Shown: piece by piece, positions 62,247 to 64,000 of the stretch
How positions within the stretch are numbered: position 1 is the first letter of the stretch
Layout of the letters: every line of letters begins with the position of its first letter
Assembly (NCBI GenBank): GCA_963824995.1
Contig: CAWGRK010000007.1
Span: 1-64,000 of the forward strand
Source: an uncultured Actinomycetes bacterium
Lineage (GTDB): Bacteria > Actinomycetota > Acidimicrobiia > Spongiisociales > DATADW01
Direction of reading: 5' to 3'
DNA length: 64,000 nt
Position numbers and translations under genes: made by a program
Notes under the pieces: model-generated
The model's database searches: none
Told to the model about the DNA's origin: nothing
The model's input: only the letters and a program-made list of their open reading frames with translations

Positions 62247-63320
62247 TCCGGTCTTCTCGTCGCCGGCGGCGTTTCGATGTTCCTGGTGTTGTTCACCATG
62301 CCCTTCGCCATCCGTGTCCTTCGCAGGGCCCGGATCGGCCAGTTCATCCAGGAGGAGATCGAGGGCCACGCCCACAAGCAGGGCACTCCGACCATGGGCG
62401 GGGTGGTGATGGTGATCGCAGTAGTGGTCGGCTATCTCGCCGCCCACCTCCGATTGTGGAACCCGGCGAGCGGGTTCGACCTCGAGTTCCTCCCGTTGCA
62501 GCCCGTCGGCCTGCTCGCCATCGGCGTCTTCCTCGGCATGGGGCTCCTCGGATTCCTCGACGATGTCATCAAGCACACCAGACAGCGCAGCCTCGGGCTC
62601 AACAAGCGTGCCAAGTTCGCCGGCCAGGCAGCAGTTGCCGCACTCTTCGCCTGGGGCGCCCAATCGGCCGGGGTCAACACCGAATTGAGCTTCGTCCGTC
62701 CGCTCGGGATCGCCCTGGGTGGCTTCTTCTTCATCTGGGTGCTGGTGATGCTCTCAGGAGCGGCCAACGGGGTGAACCTGGCCGATGGTATGGACGGGCT
62801 TGCTGCGGGCTCGGCGGCGCTTGTGTTCGGCGCATTCACCATCATCGCCTTCTGGCAGTTCCGCCACCCGGTCTTCTACAACTTCTTCCCCACCGCAACG
62901 ACGCCGCTCGAGCTGGGGGAGATCGCCACGGCCATGGTCGGAGCGCTGCTCGGGTTCCTCTGGTGGAACGCCGCCCCGGCCAAGATCTTCATGGGCGACG
63001 TCGGCTCGCAGGCGATCGGCGGGCTGCTCGGCGCACTGGCGCTGCTCACCAGCACCCAGTTGCTCCTGCTGGTGGTGGGGGGCCTCTACGTGGCCGAGAC
63101 CCTCTCCGTGATGCTCCAGGTGGCCAGCTTCCGGCTGTTCGGGCGGCGCATCTTCCGGATGGCGCCGATCCACTTCCACTACGACCTCAAGGGGTGGCCG
63201 GAGACGACGATCGTGGTCCGCTTCTGGATTCTCGCCGGGGTCGGGGTCGCCCTCGGATTGGGTCTCTTCTACACCGACTTCCTGGTCAACTCGACCATCG
63301 CATCGGGGTCCGAGCTGTGA
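62243..63320 (+). CDS. mraY: Phospho-N-acetylmuramoyl-pentapeptide transferase; apparent indel in the first codons
   Basis: KQGTPTMGG, FLDD, DGMDGL, FMGDVGS, MAPIHFH; ATGA overlap at 62243, track ORF from 62277. Confidence 0.95.
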
Positions 63321-63354
63321 CCGGCGCCCGGAGTGTCTCGGGCGGCGGCGGCCG

Positions 63355-64000
63355 ATGAGGGCCCTGGTGCTCGGCGCAGCGGTGTCGGGGCGGGCGGCGG
63401 CTCGTCTCGCCATCCGCTCGGGCCGACGGGTGACGGTGTGGGATGCCGACCCCGCTGCTGCGGCGAGCCTCACCTCGGAGGGGATCCCCGCAGTGGGAGG
63501 ATCGTGGAGCGCCGATCTGCTCGAAGGCGTCGACCTGGTGGTGGTCAGCCCGGGAATCCCGGAGAACGCACTGCCCATCGTTGAAACACTCGAGGCGCGG
63601 GTGCCGCTGTGGAGCGAGGTCGAGTTCGCATGGCGTCAACTGACGGCGCCGGTGGTCGCGGTGACCGGGACCAACGGCAAGACGACGGTGACCTCGCTGA
63701 TAGCCGACATGCTGGGTCGAAGCGGACTGGCGACCGTGGCGGCGGGGAACATCGGGACGGCGCTGTCCGACGTGGTCGGGGGCGCCTGGGAATTCGTGGT
63801 CGTCGAGGTTTCGAGCTTCCAATTGCGATTCACCGACAGGTTCCGGCCCGAGGTTGCGGTGCTGCTCAACGTCGCCCCCGACCACCTCGACTGGCACGGC
63901 TCGCTCCACGCCTACACGGCGGCGAAGGCGCGCCTATTCGCCAACCAAGGCCCCGAGCAGGTGCTCGTCTACGACGCCGACGACCCGGGAGCGGCAGCGC
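63355..64000 (+). CDS. murD: UDP-MurNAc-L-Ala:D-glutamate ligase (partial, runs off the window end)
   Basis: Manual translation MRALVLGAAVSG...SPGIP...TGTNGKTTVT...GNIG...EVSSFQL...DHLDWH. Confidence 0.93.
   Translation, partial: MRALVLGAAVSGRAAARLAIRSGRRVTVWDADPAAAASLTSEGIPAVGGSWSADLLEGVDLVVVSPGIPENALPIVETLEARVPLWSEVEFAWRQLTAPVVAVTGTNGKTTVTSLIADMLGRSGLATVAAGNIGTALSDVVGGAWEFVVVEVSSFQLRFTDRFRPEVAVLLNVAPDHLDWHGSLHAYTAAKARLFANQGPEQVLVYDADDPGAAA

Overview
High-GC actinobacterial chromosome segment. Gene content suggests Acidimicrobiia (inference from an SLH-domain protein, a type II fab cluster, the ArsA/SRPBCC/ROK cluster and a dcw cluster). Core genes: glycerol-3-P dehydrogenase (partial), an osmoprotectant ABC transporter, tricorn protease, branched-chain amino-acid genes (leuB, leuA, ilvC, ilvN, ilvB with a clear leader-peptide attenuator, ilvD), glgP, fabD-fabH-fabG-acpP-fabF, MoxR-DUF58-transglutaminase and mraZ-rsmH-ftsL-ftsI-murE-mraY-murD. 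Many single-base frameshifts, including in essential genes, point to sequencing or assembly indels rather than pseudogenes. Most notable: (1) a ~7.7 kb block between leuA and leuB encoding a ~1,740-aa wHTH-BTAD-Ser/Thr kinase-STAND NTPase-TM-WD40 protein, divergent from a small membrane protein of 21-aa tandem repeats, plus a RHH-VapC pair; (2) two families of intergenic 7-bp tandem repeats whose orientation tracks gene ends versus gene starts; (3) a SatD cyclase-like/HTH plus membrane protein pair; (4) tandem hairpin doublets with a 71-bp period downstream of two nuclease genes (NYN and HNH). No tRNA, rRNA, CRISPR-Cas or transposase was seen.
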